A stretch of DNA of 60,608 nt from Albugo candida (lineage: Eukaryota), in contig JBDOQK010000006.1 in NCBI GenBank assembly GCA_040437565.1, positions 744,001 to 804,608 of the forward strand, given 5' to 3'. The position numbers and the translations under genes were made by a program. Within the stretch, counting starts at the first letter, position 1; each line of letters starts with the position of its first letter. Of this stretch, positions 36,952 through 49,510 are shown piece by piece. Under the pieces are notes generated by a model. That model did not search any database. It was not told the origin of the DNA and saw only the letters and a list, made by a program, of their open reading frames with translations.

Positions 36952-39900
36952 ACACAGACACTGCATTCTTTTTACCTAGATGAGATCAACTATATGGAGA
37001 GCAGGAAAGGCTTAATTCATACCGGTTGATGTGGAATGCGGACAAGAAAAGAAAACATATGAAGTACTGTAAATGATGGAGCGAGATAAAGAATCGAGTC
37101 GTGCACAGACACGGTTTTTGGTGCCACAAAGAAAGTTGATGAACAAAAAGGCTGATTGTCATTTGATTATCTCAACAGCATATTGTGCACAGGAGCCCAT
37201 CTAATCGCTTCTGCTGATATACGAAAACATGCATTACCCTTCATGTTCAATGGCTTGTAGTACCACTCCAGCCCCTCGCCCTTGTTGCGATTAACGACGA
37301 AAGTATCAAAAGATAAACTTCATCAGAACAGTAAGACTGATTACATGAACTATTCACCGTGCGGAACCATAACAATATACGCCTAAACACCTATAAACTA
37401 CACTGCGAAGTCATGATCTGTAATTAGAACTTGAATCGCGTGCCACATGTCGACAAAATTATGATGTTCACAAATATAAATAATTCCACTGTGATTCCTG
37501 CTCGTCGCGCACATACGATAGACTACCACCCCGCCGCAGTGTTACTCCATCGATTAAAAACCTGATCTTGTAAACAAGATTTTGAATTTTTCTGGTCTTG
37601 GTGCGTATCTAATGATCGCGTTGCGACCGGACTTGACCACCTATATTGACTTGTTGAAAGTGTTTGCTTTTTTGAATCTGATTTGAACATGCTTCTTATA
37701 GTATTATCCTAATCGAGCTCAAGTGATACGAGCGCCGCGACCCAAGTGAACTTAATAAGGCGGAACTCTCTACCTATCATGCTGTACATTGGGTTGACTA
37801 ACAATTTCGACCTATGCATCCAAGCTTAGAAGCGATTTATTGTATGCGTGCACTAGATCATGCATCACCAGATAAATAGCCTTCAAATGTGCTGAACCTT
37901 TTACCTACCACGTTATATCAACATGTGAATATGCGTGACGCTACTGAGTGCTTAATCTTCAATGGATGGTACGTTCTAGTCATATTTGTAAAGATCGCTT
38001 TTTCCAGATAGATAGAAAAACTTCCACCCCTCCACCAAATTTTCGTGACACAATGAGGACGCTATGCACCCCTTTATTTATTTATCAAAAAATCTGAGAT
38101 TCTACAAATGAAAGGTGCTCGAAAGGATAATCACCATGGTAAAATCAGATGCTGCAAAATTTGACCATGTTAAAAGTTTTTTTTGCTTGCTTACTTCATT
38201 TATTGAACCTCGTAACAATTAATTAAGACCTTCTATTACTGGAATCTCTCACGTTTTTGGCTATATTGCACTTGCATTGACATCACTCTATTAGATCCCT
38301 CCTGATTCCTCTTATTCGACCGCTGCATATACAACGGTATCTGCCTATCGAGATCCGAATTATCATGGATGTCTTTTGAGTTGAATAGGACTGCTGGAAA
38401 GTAACGAATACACATTGCCATCCGTCGGGCGTTTTCGTAAAAAGATCCAAGGAATCTAAATGGTGGTTTCGTATACCATCCGCTATGGACTGTCCCGATG
38501 CGGTGGTTTTGTAATTGATGAAGGCCGTAGAAAGAGAACCTAACAGTCATGAAAAAATGTATAATTACTTGTATTTTTGCCTCCCATCAGTAAAGCGACT
38601 TCCCTTTCCGTGCGGTGTTCTCAACAGGTTATAAGCCCAGCAATAAGTTGCTCAGGATCAAGCCCAAGCGCCAGCCGCGACTCACATCAGCAACGATGGA
38701 GCTAGTACAGCTTCAGGTGCGGGTGAGGACATGGAAAGGATGATGGATATGGTTACTGAACTGAAAGGTGACATTGGAGCTCGTCTCACCAGGCTTAAAG
38801 CGGAGATTCGAGGATGACCAAGCTTCGGTCGTGTCCGCCGGCAGTAGCACTTTTCGCGCTAATGCGGAGACGCGCGCGGGACTTGGCCGAATATGACGAT
38901 ATCCTCGTTAANNNNNNNNNNNNNNNNNNNNNNNNNNNNNNNNNNNNNNNNNNNNNNNNNNNNNNNNNNNNNNNNNNNNNNNNNNNNNNNNNNNNNNNNN
39001 NNNNNNNNNNNACACAGACACTGCATTCTTTTTACCTAGATGAGATCAACTATATGGAGAGCAGGAAAGGCTTAATTTATACCGGTTGATGTGGAATGCG
39101 GACAAGAAAAGAAAACATATGAAGTACTGTAAATGATGGAGCGAGATAAAGAATCGAGTCGTGCACAGACACGGTTTTTGGTGCCACAAAGAAAGTTGAT
39201 GAACAAAAAGGCTGATTGTCATTTGATTATCTCAACAGCATATTGTGCACAGGAGCCCATCTAATCGCTTCTGCTGATATACGAAAACATGCATTACCCT
39301 TCATGTTCAATGGCTTGTAGTACCACTCCAGCCCCTCGCCCTTGTTGCGATTAACGACGAAAGTATCAAAAGATAAACTTCATCAGAACAGTAAGACTGA
39401 TTACATGAACTATTCACCGTGCGGAACCATAACAATATACGCCTAAACACCTATAAACTACACTGCGAAGTCATGATCTGTAATTAGAACTTGAATCGCG
39501 TGCCACATGTCGACAAAATTATGATGTTCACAAATATAAATAATTCCACTGTGATTCCTGCTCGTCGCGCACATACGATAGACTACCACCCCGCCGCAGT
39601 GTTACTCCATCGATTAAAAACCTGATCTTGTAAACAAGATTTTGAATTTTTCTGGTCTTGGTGCGTATCTAATGATCGCGTTGCGACCGGACTTGACCAC
39701 CTATATTGACTTGTTGAAAGTGTTTGCTTTTTTGAATCTGATTTGAACATGCTTCTTATAGTATTATCCTAATCGAGCTCAAGTGATACGAGCGCCGCGA
39801 CCCAAGTGAACTTAATAAGGCGGAACTCTCTACCTATCATGCTGTACATTGGGTTGACTAACAATTTCGACCTATGCATCCAAGCTTAGAAGCGATTTAT

Positions 39901-40970
39901 TGTATGCGTGCACTAGATCATGCATCACCAGATAAATAGCCTTCAAATGTGCTGAACCTTTTACCTACCACGTTATATCAACATGTGAATATGCGTGACG
40001 CTACTGAGTGCTTAATCTTCAATGGATGGTACGTTCTAGTCATATTTGTAAAGATCGCTTTTTCCAGATAGATAGAAAAACTTCCACCCCTCCACCAAAT
40101 TTTCGTGACACAATGAGGACGCTATGCACCCCTTTATTTATTTATCAAAAAATCTGAGATTCTACAAATGAAAGGTGCTCGAAAGGATAATCACCATGGT
40201 AAAATCAGATGCTGCAAAATTTGACCATGTTAAAAGTTTTTTTTGCTTGCTTACTTCATTTATTGAACCTCGTAACAATTAATTAAGACCTTCTATTACT
40301 GGAATCTCTCACGTTTTTGGCTATATTGCACTTGCATTGACATCACTCTATTAGATCCCTCCTGATTCCTCTTATTCGACCGCTGCATATACAACGGTAT
40401 CTGCCTATCGAGATCCGAATTATCATGGATGTCTTTTGAGTTGAATAGGACTGCTGGAAAGTAACGAATACACATTGCCATCCGTCGGGCGTTTTCGTAA
40501 AAAGATCCAAGGAATCTAAATGGTGGTTTCGTATACCATCCGCTATGGACTGTCCCGATGCGGTGGTTTTGTAATTGATGAAGGCCGTAGAAAGAGAACC
40601 TAACAGTCATGAAAAAATGTATAATTACTTGTATTTTTGCCTCCCATCAGTAAAGCGACTTCCCTTTCCGTGCGGTGTTCTCAACAGGTTATAAGCCCAG
40701 CAATAAGTTGCTCAGGATCAAGCCCAAGCGCCAGCCGCGACTCACATCAGCAACGATGGAGCTAGTACAGCTTCAGGTGCGGGTGAGGACATGGAAAGGA
40801 TGATGGATATGGTTACTGAACTGAAAGGTGACATTGGAGCTCGTCTCACCAGGCTTAAAGCGGAGATTCGAGAATGACCAAGCTTCGGTCGTGTCCGCCG
40901 GCAGCAGCACTTTTCGCGCTAATGCGGAGACGCGCGCGGGACTTGGCCGAATATGACGATATCCTCGTTA
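36952..40970. repeat. ~1.96-kb near-identical tandem duplication (36952-38911 and 39012-40970) across a 100-N gap
   Basis: Only about 3 substitutions seen; includes the copia 5' LTR and gag start; probably overlapping contigs or haplotypes. Confidence 0.9.
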
Positions 40971-42256
40971 AAAGACGAGTTGATACGGAGTACAGTGCGA
41001 CATCACGCTGTATGACAAAGGCATCAGCGGTTGCGTGAGGAAGGTGGCAGACAAGGAGCACCGATGCAGCCACCAGCGGGTCCGTCATAAAGGCCACTGC
41101 CAGCACCGTCGTACTTTGCAGCGCAAAGACCCCTGCAGATAAGGGACCTGAAGCTTACCATCGAAAACTTCGACGGCAATGAGGTGTACCCAGGCATCGG
41201 GTCAGGGTTTGGACCCTGGAGGAAATTTATCGGAAGGTCAAAATCGCTGAAAACCTCAGTGGATGCCTGTGGGCTGAAGAAATACAGCTGGATTCTCTCG
41301 GTCGACATCTATCCTTTAGATGGACAGCCCTTTCACAGCCAGGTGGACATCTGGTGCGAGGAGAACCCCCAAGTTTGGTACTCAATGGACCGAATGAACA
41401 CCAAGTTCGACCCACGAATTTCGAAGTCACAAGCGTACAAGCTCTTCGCATCGAAGAAAAAGGAGGCCGTTTCGTCGAATGATCACATGCTGTACCTGAT
41501 ATCGCTGAGTAATGCTGTCGGTGGTGCTCATGACCAAGTTTTCGAAAATATTGCTGAGTTTGCCGGCTCTTTCAGGGCGTGCTATTGGCACGAATAAATT
41601 CTCAGCGTGAAGATTATTGCAAGCCGACTGTGGGCCACTGTGAAAGGCTCTATCGTTAGGCGAACTAAGAATAATGATGAGCGCCAACGTAGAAAACCGG
41701 GTGCCCGTTTCAAGTGCGGCAAAGAAGGTCACTTCAAACGAGAATGCAAACAAAAAGTCAAGAAAAAATTTGCGCTGGTCGTTGCGGACAATGTCGATGC
41801 CACCTGCCAATGAAATTTCAATAGTGACGAAACCATCCCTACTTAATGATACAATGGAGTGTGATGAGGACTACCTACTTCCAAACGGAGAAAGCTTAAA
41901 AATGCACATCAAAGGAAATGCCGATTTTGTGGTACGCGTCGACGAAGAGCTTCGTCAAATCAAGCTACGCAATGTCTATCACTCGGCAGATCTTCCATGG
42001 AATATACTATCTTATGGAAAATTCGAAGAAAGAGGGTATGACCTTCGCTATGATGGTACTACACGTCAGTGGTTCGACGAAGCGACGGTTTCAAGATTTT
42101 CGATTTTAAAAAGGACACGAATAACGTACTGGTGGTACGTGTCGTCACCGACGATGTCTTTGGAATTGATGTCATGAAAATTGAGGAGTCCGTAGCTGCA
42201 GCACTGGTTGAAGCCGCCCGTTCGACGATCCCAGATGCTCAACAAGGCAGTCTACT

Positions 42257-42497
42257 TTGTCAAGGTTTTCATTACACTGTTTATCTGGTAGTTTAACTAC
42301 CTTGCTTATCCTATCATGAGGCCCTGACCGTGTGAATATCACTTAAGTCTGACTTCATACCTAGAAAGGCAGATATTTCCCAAGCTTATTTCTTGACGCC
42401 TCAAACCTCTGCCCACACTACTGGGGATCGAACTAACGACCTCCGGCAGCGGGTCCGTGCGCTCGAGTGCTTAACTGACTAAGCTGGGTACGGACCC
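42257..42497 (-). mobile_element. tRNA-derived SINE (~240 bp); head also duplicated at 46482-46501
   Basis: Minus strand reads GGGTCCGTACCC-AGCTTAGTCAG (A-box-like) ... GGTCGTTA-GTTCGATCCC (B-box, 42423-42433); the whole nest is flanked by a perfect 17-bp TSD CAACAAGGCAGTCTACT (42240-42256 and 46502-46518). Confidence 0.8.
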
Positions 42498-42762
42498 GTC
42501 GGGGGGCTTAGCGGTTAGTACAAAAGGGCTGCGGTGGGGCCTCTCGGCGGAGGCAAAGATTCCTCCACGTAAATATCAACCTACGCAATGAAGATATGGA
42601 CGTGTCAAGACCGTCGGCAACTACACCAGAAAATAACTGTACAGGAGTTGGACCGGGCTCTTCAGAGCGTTACATACAAGGGATTAGAATACAGTAGATA
42701 AACGACCAAACTGTAGTAACAGAACGGTGTTTAAATAAAAGTACTACGGGCGAACACCCTTA
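42498..42762 (+). mobile_element. Short (~265 bp) non-coding insertion in the SINE head, probably a non-autonomous partner of the LINE
   Basis: Bounded by ACTRAGCTGGGTACGG at 42478 and 42763; GC-rich 5' end with GGCTTAGCGG and a GCCTC/GAGGC hairpin; no long ORF. Confidence 0.6.
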
Positions 42763-42781
42763 ACTGAGCTGGGTACGGGAC

Positions 42782-45700
42782 TTCTCAATTTGCCGGCTAC
42801 TACGTAACGCGTAAAACTGATACATCAAAGCGCCTTTTCAGCAAAAACACGCACTTTTCCACCCTTTCCTGTCGAAGACAATCGTTACTATCGACATATC
42901 CAGCTTACCTATCGTTACATCGCCTGATGTGGGTGGTACTTCTACATTTAATGTGTCCGTTACTGACACGTTACCGGCGGAAAGTACAGCTACCCGCACA
43001 CCTATACCGTCGGACTCTACCGCGTTCGCTGAGGTTATTGGCCAATCCGAGACCGAGATGGAGATTGACACGCCTCTCTCTCCCACTCCAATTTCTGCCA
43101 ATCAGCCGGTGGCAATGGAGGTTGATGACAAGAGCGCGTCATCAGCTTCGAAACCGGTTAAAACGGCGAGTGAAACCGACCATCGCCCAAGTTTAGCCGA
43201 GATCTTGAATGGTCAAGAAGAAGTTCGCAAGGACAAAGCTGTAAAAAAGCGAAGTGGAATGTTGAAATGCCAAAACGTTTAGCTTCAGATTTACGTGCAA
43301 TTAAACAACTTTTTTAAGGCGGACGTCAGTCCTGGGATGTTTTGGATGTACACTTGGCGGCAGCAAAGCCAATTATACTGCCAAGTGCAAAGTATTTGAT
43401 CGTCCTGGAGACGGGACAAACTCTTGTACGCACACCATCCGCCCAAATCCTACAATCGTTCGTTCGAGATCATGGGAGCACAATTCTTGACGATTTATTT
43501 GATGCGGGGAAAATTGGCCAACTGGCTAAATTGCCTGGGGGTAATTTACGCCTTCTCGTCAAGAGCGAGGAAGTTTGCCAGAAGTTGGATCATGAGAGGA
43601 TTACTCTCATGGGGAACCAGTACTCATTCCGAGAGTTCGATGTGCTCGGATCAAGATACTTCATGGACGTTTTCGGAATTGGACCGGAAATGTTCACAAT
43701 AATAATTGCATCAGCACTGCATCGTCTTGGCTGCGATGTTTTGTATGAAAACTTTCGTGAAGTTCTGGCTTATAAACGGCTATCCATGTCTACGTGGAGG
43801 GTGTACTTTCGCTCCACGTCATGTCCTGAACCTCTGGTCTTGGCTGGAAAAGTTTGCGAACAAATTTGTATCGAAGGGAGATACTATTTGGCTCGCGGAA
43901 AAGGGGCTCCGTTACCTGTTGAGCGATTGAGGATGAATGAGCGCAGTCCACACTGCTTATTGCTGCCAGTGAACACTCCGAACTCGACTCAGCGAGTAAC
44001 GAAAACCCTGACTCCAACAACTGAATCTAAATCGATGCCAAGCAAGCGCACCGGAAAAACAACAAAACTAGCTCAAGAGAAGCAATACATAGAAGATAAA
44101 AAAAAGAAATCAACCTCAAGTAAGGCCAAAAGTCCATCCAAAACTGACGAAAATCCTCTGTCCTCCGACAACTACCGAAGCTTATACATCGGAACGTCAC
44201 CAGAAGGCATCTTCGTCTCCTGTTTACGAACCGGACGAGAAGCTTGAAAGCAGTGAATCCCAACCGGCTGAGGAATCAAAACAAGCTCAAGAATCACAAC
44301 CAGCTTCTTGGAAAATTGTTCGCTCAAACAACAAAAGAAGCCGGTCGTTAACAGCTTCAAAAGCCTGCTCAGTAAAGATCCTCCAGAAATTGAAAGGGCT
44401 TGCCACCAGCAGTTTTTTCGATGTCTTAGCACTATCGATGTGGAATATACCAAGATAGATGTTGCGACCAATCCAGGGTTCGGAAGCGCTATCATATCGT
44501 TCCGATCAATGTTTTGGTACCTAAAGATGTAGCTACGTCGAAAGAAGCAGCACATTTTTTCACAAAGAAGCACACCAAAATCGTGAAAGACTCTCGTCCT
44601 ACTCGCGTGGGTGAAGTAGTAGTGAACTTGTTGACAGAAGATCTACTGACGGCACAAATCCCAACGAAGCCCGATCGGCTTCTTCAAGCGGAAATTCACG
44701 TGCTCAAGGCGGAGAAGCATCTTGGATTCACATCCAATGGAGATAGCCTTCTCCAGTTTGCATTCAATCATCCGATCGCATTACATGGAGTGCTCAATAA
44801 GGGTGTGCGATTCAATGATCCGTGTTTAGCTGAAGTGTTGCATGTCCACACGATCAATCGTATACTTGCTGCATCCGATCCGAATTTGGACACCACTTTC
44901 ATTACAAAATGGTCGAAAAAGATTGGAAGAAAAGTCCCAACAAAACGTCAAGCTATGTTTGACGCAACCAATAGTTGGTGGACGGAGTCACCTGAAGTAG
45001 AAGAGCTCACTTAAGCCACCAAATCGATCGCCTTATTCGAGCTCATGCTGATGTGCACTGCTCCGGCCATTTTTTATAATGACCACTGGATTCAACACAT
45101 TACTGGTCGTTCGGTGCTGTGGATACCAACACACCATTGTCGCTTACTACACACCAATGCACTGATTATGATATTGCGCTCCCCACTAGGCACACTTTGC
45201 CTTAGTGAGTGGTTTGATGCTCGGTGGGATAGTCCCCTTTACTACAATTTGGAAGCCATTCAGCTTTCGACAAATTCTCTACTCGATGAAGTATCTATTT
45301 TGCAACTGAGCGAAGTAGATGGAGTACAAACACTCATTGTGGGTGCTATCTCTGTTCAGTATCAAGGGAATCTTATCGGATTACAATTTTTGGACCAATA
45401 AAACCATTCTTTTAGTCAATACAAACGGAATCAAAAAGAATGGCCAACTTACAATCCAACATACGTTTTCAAAATAAGCACTTTGTTGCGTGCAGGATAC
45501 ACGTTTTCGTAATCGTCAGCAGCTGGAGACGTTTCGCTTTCACCTGACATCGACATTCAGAACTAAATCGTTTATCAGTGATATGAATAGTCTTCACTAT
45601 CACCCCTCTTAGGAACGAGTAAACGGTGTTATGACCATTATCCGGAACGATTTTCCTGGATTTCAAACTGCTAAAGCCGTGCACAACGCCACAGTTCCAG

Positions 45701-46481
45701 ATCGTTATCTGGTGGTCCGTTTGGTGGTTCATGGAGCACCAGTATACGTCCACAACGTTTATGCTCCGGGGGATTCAAAGGAACGAAAACCTTTTTTCGA
45801 TCAGCTTCCAATTGGATCATTCGAAGCAAACGCATCACATATCGTCTGTGGAGATCTCAACACAACTCTCTGTCCAAGTCTNNNNNNNNNNNNNNNNNNN
45901 NNNNNNNNNNNNNNNNNNNNNNNNNNNNNNNNNNNNNNNNNNNNNNNNNNNNNNNNNNNNNNNNNNNNNNNNNNNNNNNNNCTACGACTTCCTCTCCTCC
46001 GGGACAGGTGGAAGCCATTCAGGATGGTGTTGGAAGATCTTTGCTTTGCATTGGTTGCCATTGCGATCCACTTCATCTGGACGGATCGGAATAGACGACT
46101 TTTCGACCAAATATCTTCAACATCAACAGGACCAGATGTTTCGGTGATCTACAGCAAATTCAGCGCCCAAATTCGGTTTTATCAATGTCAGTGCTATGAT
46201 CCCGCACAGCATGATCAGCTTCAGATGGTTTTGCTCGGTCTATTCCAATCAGGTTCAGCAAAAAGATATTTCTCCGGGAGATCAGATCTTCTCAAGATAC
46301 AAAGGCGTGAGCGCTCATAAGTCTGAGTTGCGTGGCTAGTCTACTTAGCCGTCTTCAACCTCGCCAAGTTCACTTTTTGTGACATTTCAAGCCACATCTG
46401 CATGTATTATATGTTATTTATTGTAGTCTAGGCATTTAGAAAAGTCATTTACGTGTAATTCTAGTAATATAGACAACTTCA
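42782..46481 (+). mobile_element. Tx1/L1-like LINE with long frameshifted ORF1 and APE-RT ORF2 (RT lost in gap)
   Basis: ORF1 pieces 42929-45401; APE motifs LVNTNG, VQDT, VHNVYAP, IVCGDLN; C-terminal IWTDRNRRLF; bounded by the ACTGAGCTGGGTACGG duplication. Confidence 0.88.
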
Positions 46482-49400
46482 ACTGAGCTGGGTACGGACC
46501 CCAACAAGGCAGTCTACTGGAATTCCACTTGCGATTTGGTCACCTGGCGTATGACACCATCGAGAGAGTGGCTAATGACCCGTACAGCGGGATACTTCTC
46601 ACGGATGAGAATAGTCTGGCTTGCTTAACATGTGAACAGGGCAAGCAGAACCGCAGCCATCAACCTGTTCAAGACACAGGAATCAATGCTCCTGTCGACC
46701 GAGTGGGTGGAGTTATCTGTAGCGATATCAAAAGACCAATAGTGCCGATCGACAGGTGTGGAAACAGGTAACTGATCAATTTTGTTGATCACAAGAGCAG
46801 TACTGCCTTGTGTTTCAGGCAAAAACTCAGGATAAAGCGACCAAGGCGTTTGCAACCTTACTTATTTACTTCGATAAGCGATTTATCTGCAAGCTGCACT
46901 ACCTCCGTACTGATGGGGGAGTTGGGTACAAGGTCGTCGATCCATTTTTAGGAAAACCGGTGTGCAGCGCAAGGTATCGGAAGCGGATAACCAAGTACAA
47001 ACGGAAAGGCCGAGCGTATGCGCCAAACTCTGATGAACATGGTGCGCTCCATGATATTTGGGTCAGGACTGCCTTTGAGCCTTTGAGGAGACGCTGCGGA
47101 ATACGCGACCTATATACTAAACATCAGACCGACTCGAGGAAATGCGAGTCGTGCTTTGCCGCTTCAAGTACTTAGTGGAGTCAGCACAACACTGACGGAT
47201 ATCGTTATTTTTGGATCACCATGCACCCCGATTCGGATAACATATATAACACTCTTGACCGGCGTGGGGAAGCAGGGCTCATAATTGGCAAGAGAGACGA
47301 AACTAAAAGCTATCAGGGGCTGTTCACGAAGGATCGTGTCGTTTGTACGACGCAGCATGTCAGCAATAACAAGAACCTTAGCGAGGACGCGAATGCAAAA
47401 CTCGTTCTACCAAGAAGAAGACCGCTGATCCCATCGACATTACCGTCGATTCAACAGCTGAAACTTGTAAGTCTATTGAAACAATTCTAGAGTAAACTGG
47501 CGATATTGGGCATCGGGAGGAGCCTTGAGTAGGATCAGGGAAGGTCAAAAAGGGCGGCAATCGCGGTGGACGGAAAAGCAAAACGACTGAGGCTTAGCAA
47601 CCAAGCCAACAATGAGAATGAAGACGCGATTTGATGGGTTGAAAACCACACCACGCGAGATTATTGGCGCGGTTTATCGTGTGAATCCGAAGAACTGGAA
47701 AGAAGTCATCGAGAGCGACAATTGCGTGGCATGGAAGCGCGCTGCTGAATCGGAGATCTGCTCGCTCAAAGCCAATGACACGCGGGAAATGGTGTTGCGC
47801 AATGATGGAATGCGTCCTCTCACACAAAAAGTGGGTGTTCAAGACTAAGACAGATTCTGACGGAGCGTCGAACGGTCAAGGCGCGTACGGTGGCGTGTAG
47901 GAACGAGCAGTCATTTGAAGAATATTATACGCTGACGCTCGCCACGGTCATGGACATGATGATTGCGAAGGTTATCCTTGCACTATCCGATATATGAGGT
48001 GAACCGACACGTCATGGGAACGTGCCTGATGCATATGTCAAGGCCTCTGCTGAACCGGACTGGACATTTACCTACATGATCCACAAGAAATGAAAGTAAG
48101 TGAGAAGGAACTACAGCGTCGTGGCGCTCAGCGCACAAACAAGTGGTGCTTCGGCTTTAGCGCAGCCTTTATGGATTAAAACAAGCTGGAAGACTCTGGA
48201 CGCAACTCCTACATTCAGAACTACTTCGTTTCAGATTCGTTCAATGTGTCACAGACTCTTGTCTCATCTACAAAGGGGATCACGATGAAAAGATTCATCG
48301 AAGATTTGAGTGGATGATGCGTAAAAAAGCGGTAACGCTGCAGATCAAGGACCTGAACATCGTTAGCAAGTTTCTAGGGATGCGACTTACCTATTCTTCG
48401 GAGTTTGGTTTTCAGATGAGCTACTATTAAAGTTTGGCCTGAACGATGCACACCACGTGATGACACCCATAGTGCTCGATCATGATACCGACATGCGGGA
48501 AGCTGACCCGATTATACTCGCGGATGGGCTAGTCAGATCAGCATAACTGAAAGACTTTCAGTCGATCGTGAGATCGCTGTTATCGTTGACTCGATGCACA
48601 CGCCCGGACATTGCTTATGCGGTGCACCGATCTACGCGTCGAACCGATCCTCCTACGGTGAGCGACCGGCAATTGAGCAAAAAAATTGCCAGGTATTGAG
48701 AGGAATCAAAAACGTCAAGTTTCAGCTTGGACATAAACAGGTTCAGCAAACACTACTGTGCAACTTTCAAGCGCAAGCGATGCGGGCTTTGAAGATGATG
48801 ATATAAGTCGGTAAGCGGAGCGATTTTTCGTGTGGGTGACATGATAGCGGGCTGGACGTGCCGCAAACAAGCATCAGTATCGCTATCGACTATGAAAGCA
48901 GAATACACATCGGCTTCACATGCCGGTCAAGAGCTCCTCGGATTACGCGAACTAGTTGTTGAGATGGGGATAAACGTGGAATTTCCTATGCAGATGGAGA
49001 TAGACAATTAAGCAGCTATCCACCAGATGGAAAAGGAAGGAACTTCGACGCGAGCGAAACACATCGACTTTGAGCTGAAGTTTATTAAAGATTGTGCTAA
49101 ACGAGGCACCGTAAAGTCCTGTTATGTGCACACCGAAGATATGGCAGCTGATTTGCTTACGAAGGCACTTAGCTGTTCGACTAAAAGAATTGATGGGACT
49201 ATGTTCGCTATTACGCGAAACTAGCAAGGATCAGGACATGAATTTAGGTAACGGACACACGGCAGCGTGAAGAAGAAGTGTTTCAAAGTAACGAATACAC
49301 ATTGCCATCCGCCGGACGTTTTGGTAAAAAGATCCAAGGAATCTAAATAGTGGTCATGCGTACCTTCCGCTATGGAATATCCCGACGCGGTGGTTTCGTA

Positions 49401-49510
49401 ATCAAGGAAGGCCGTAGAAAGAGAAACTAACAGTCATGAATAATATAATTACTTCTATTTTTGCCTCCCTCGAGTAAAGCGACTTCCTATTTCGTGCGGT
49501 GTTTTCATGA

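Larger units (their letters stand above)
40452..49510 (+). mobile_element. Ty1/Copia LTR retrotransposon A (degraded) hosting a SINE/LINE nest
   Basis: LTRs at 40452-40686 (duplicate copy 38392-38626) and 49279-~49510; PBS GGTTATAAGCCC; PPT GAAGAAGAAG; knuckle FKCGKEGHFKREC; HLRFGHL..CLTCEQGK; LRTDGG; RT; RNase H RAKHIDF..MAADLLTK. Confidence 0.92.

Noticed and set aside
38236-38550. 104-aa ORF present twice (also 40296-40610)
   Set aside because: It is antisense across a copia LTR boundary, and the second copy comes from the gap-flanking duplication.
42415-42497. Functional tRNA gene
   Set aside because: A and B boxes are present but no acceptor stem or clear anticodon arm can be formed, and it sits inside a TSD-flanked insertion.
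42478-46501. Three ~20-bp direct repeats as a CRISPR-like array
   Set aside because: The spacers are 265 bp and 3.7 kb and one is a LINE; the context is eukaryotic with no cas genes; target-site duplication explains it.
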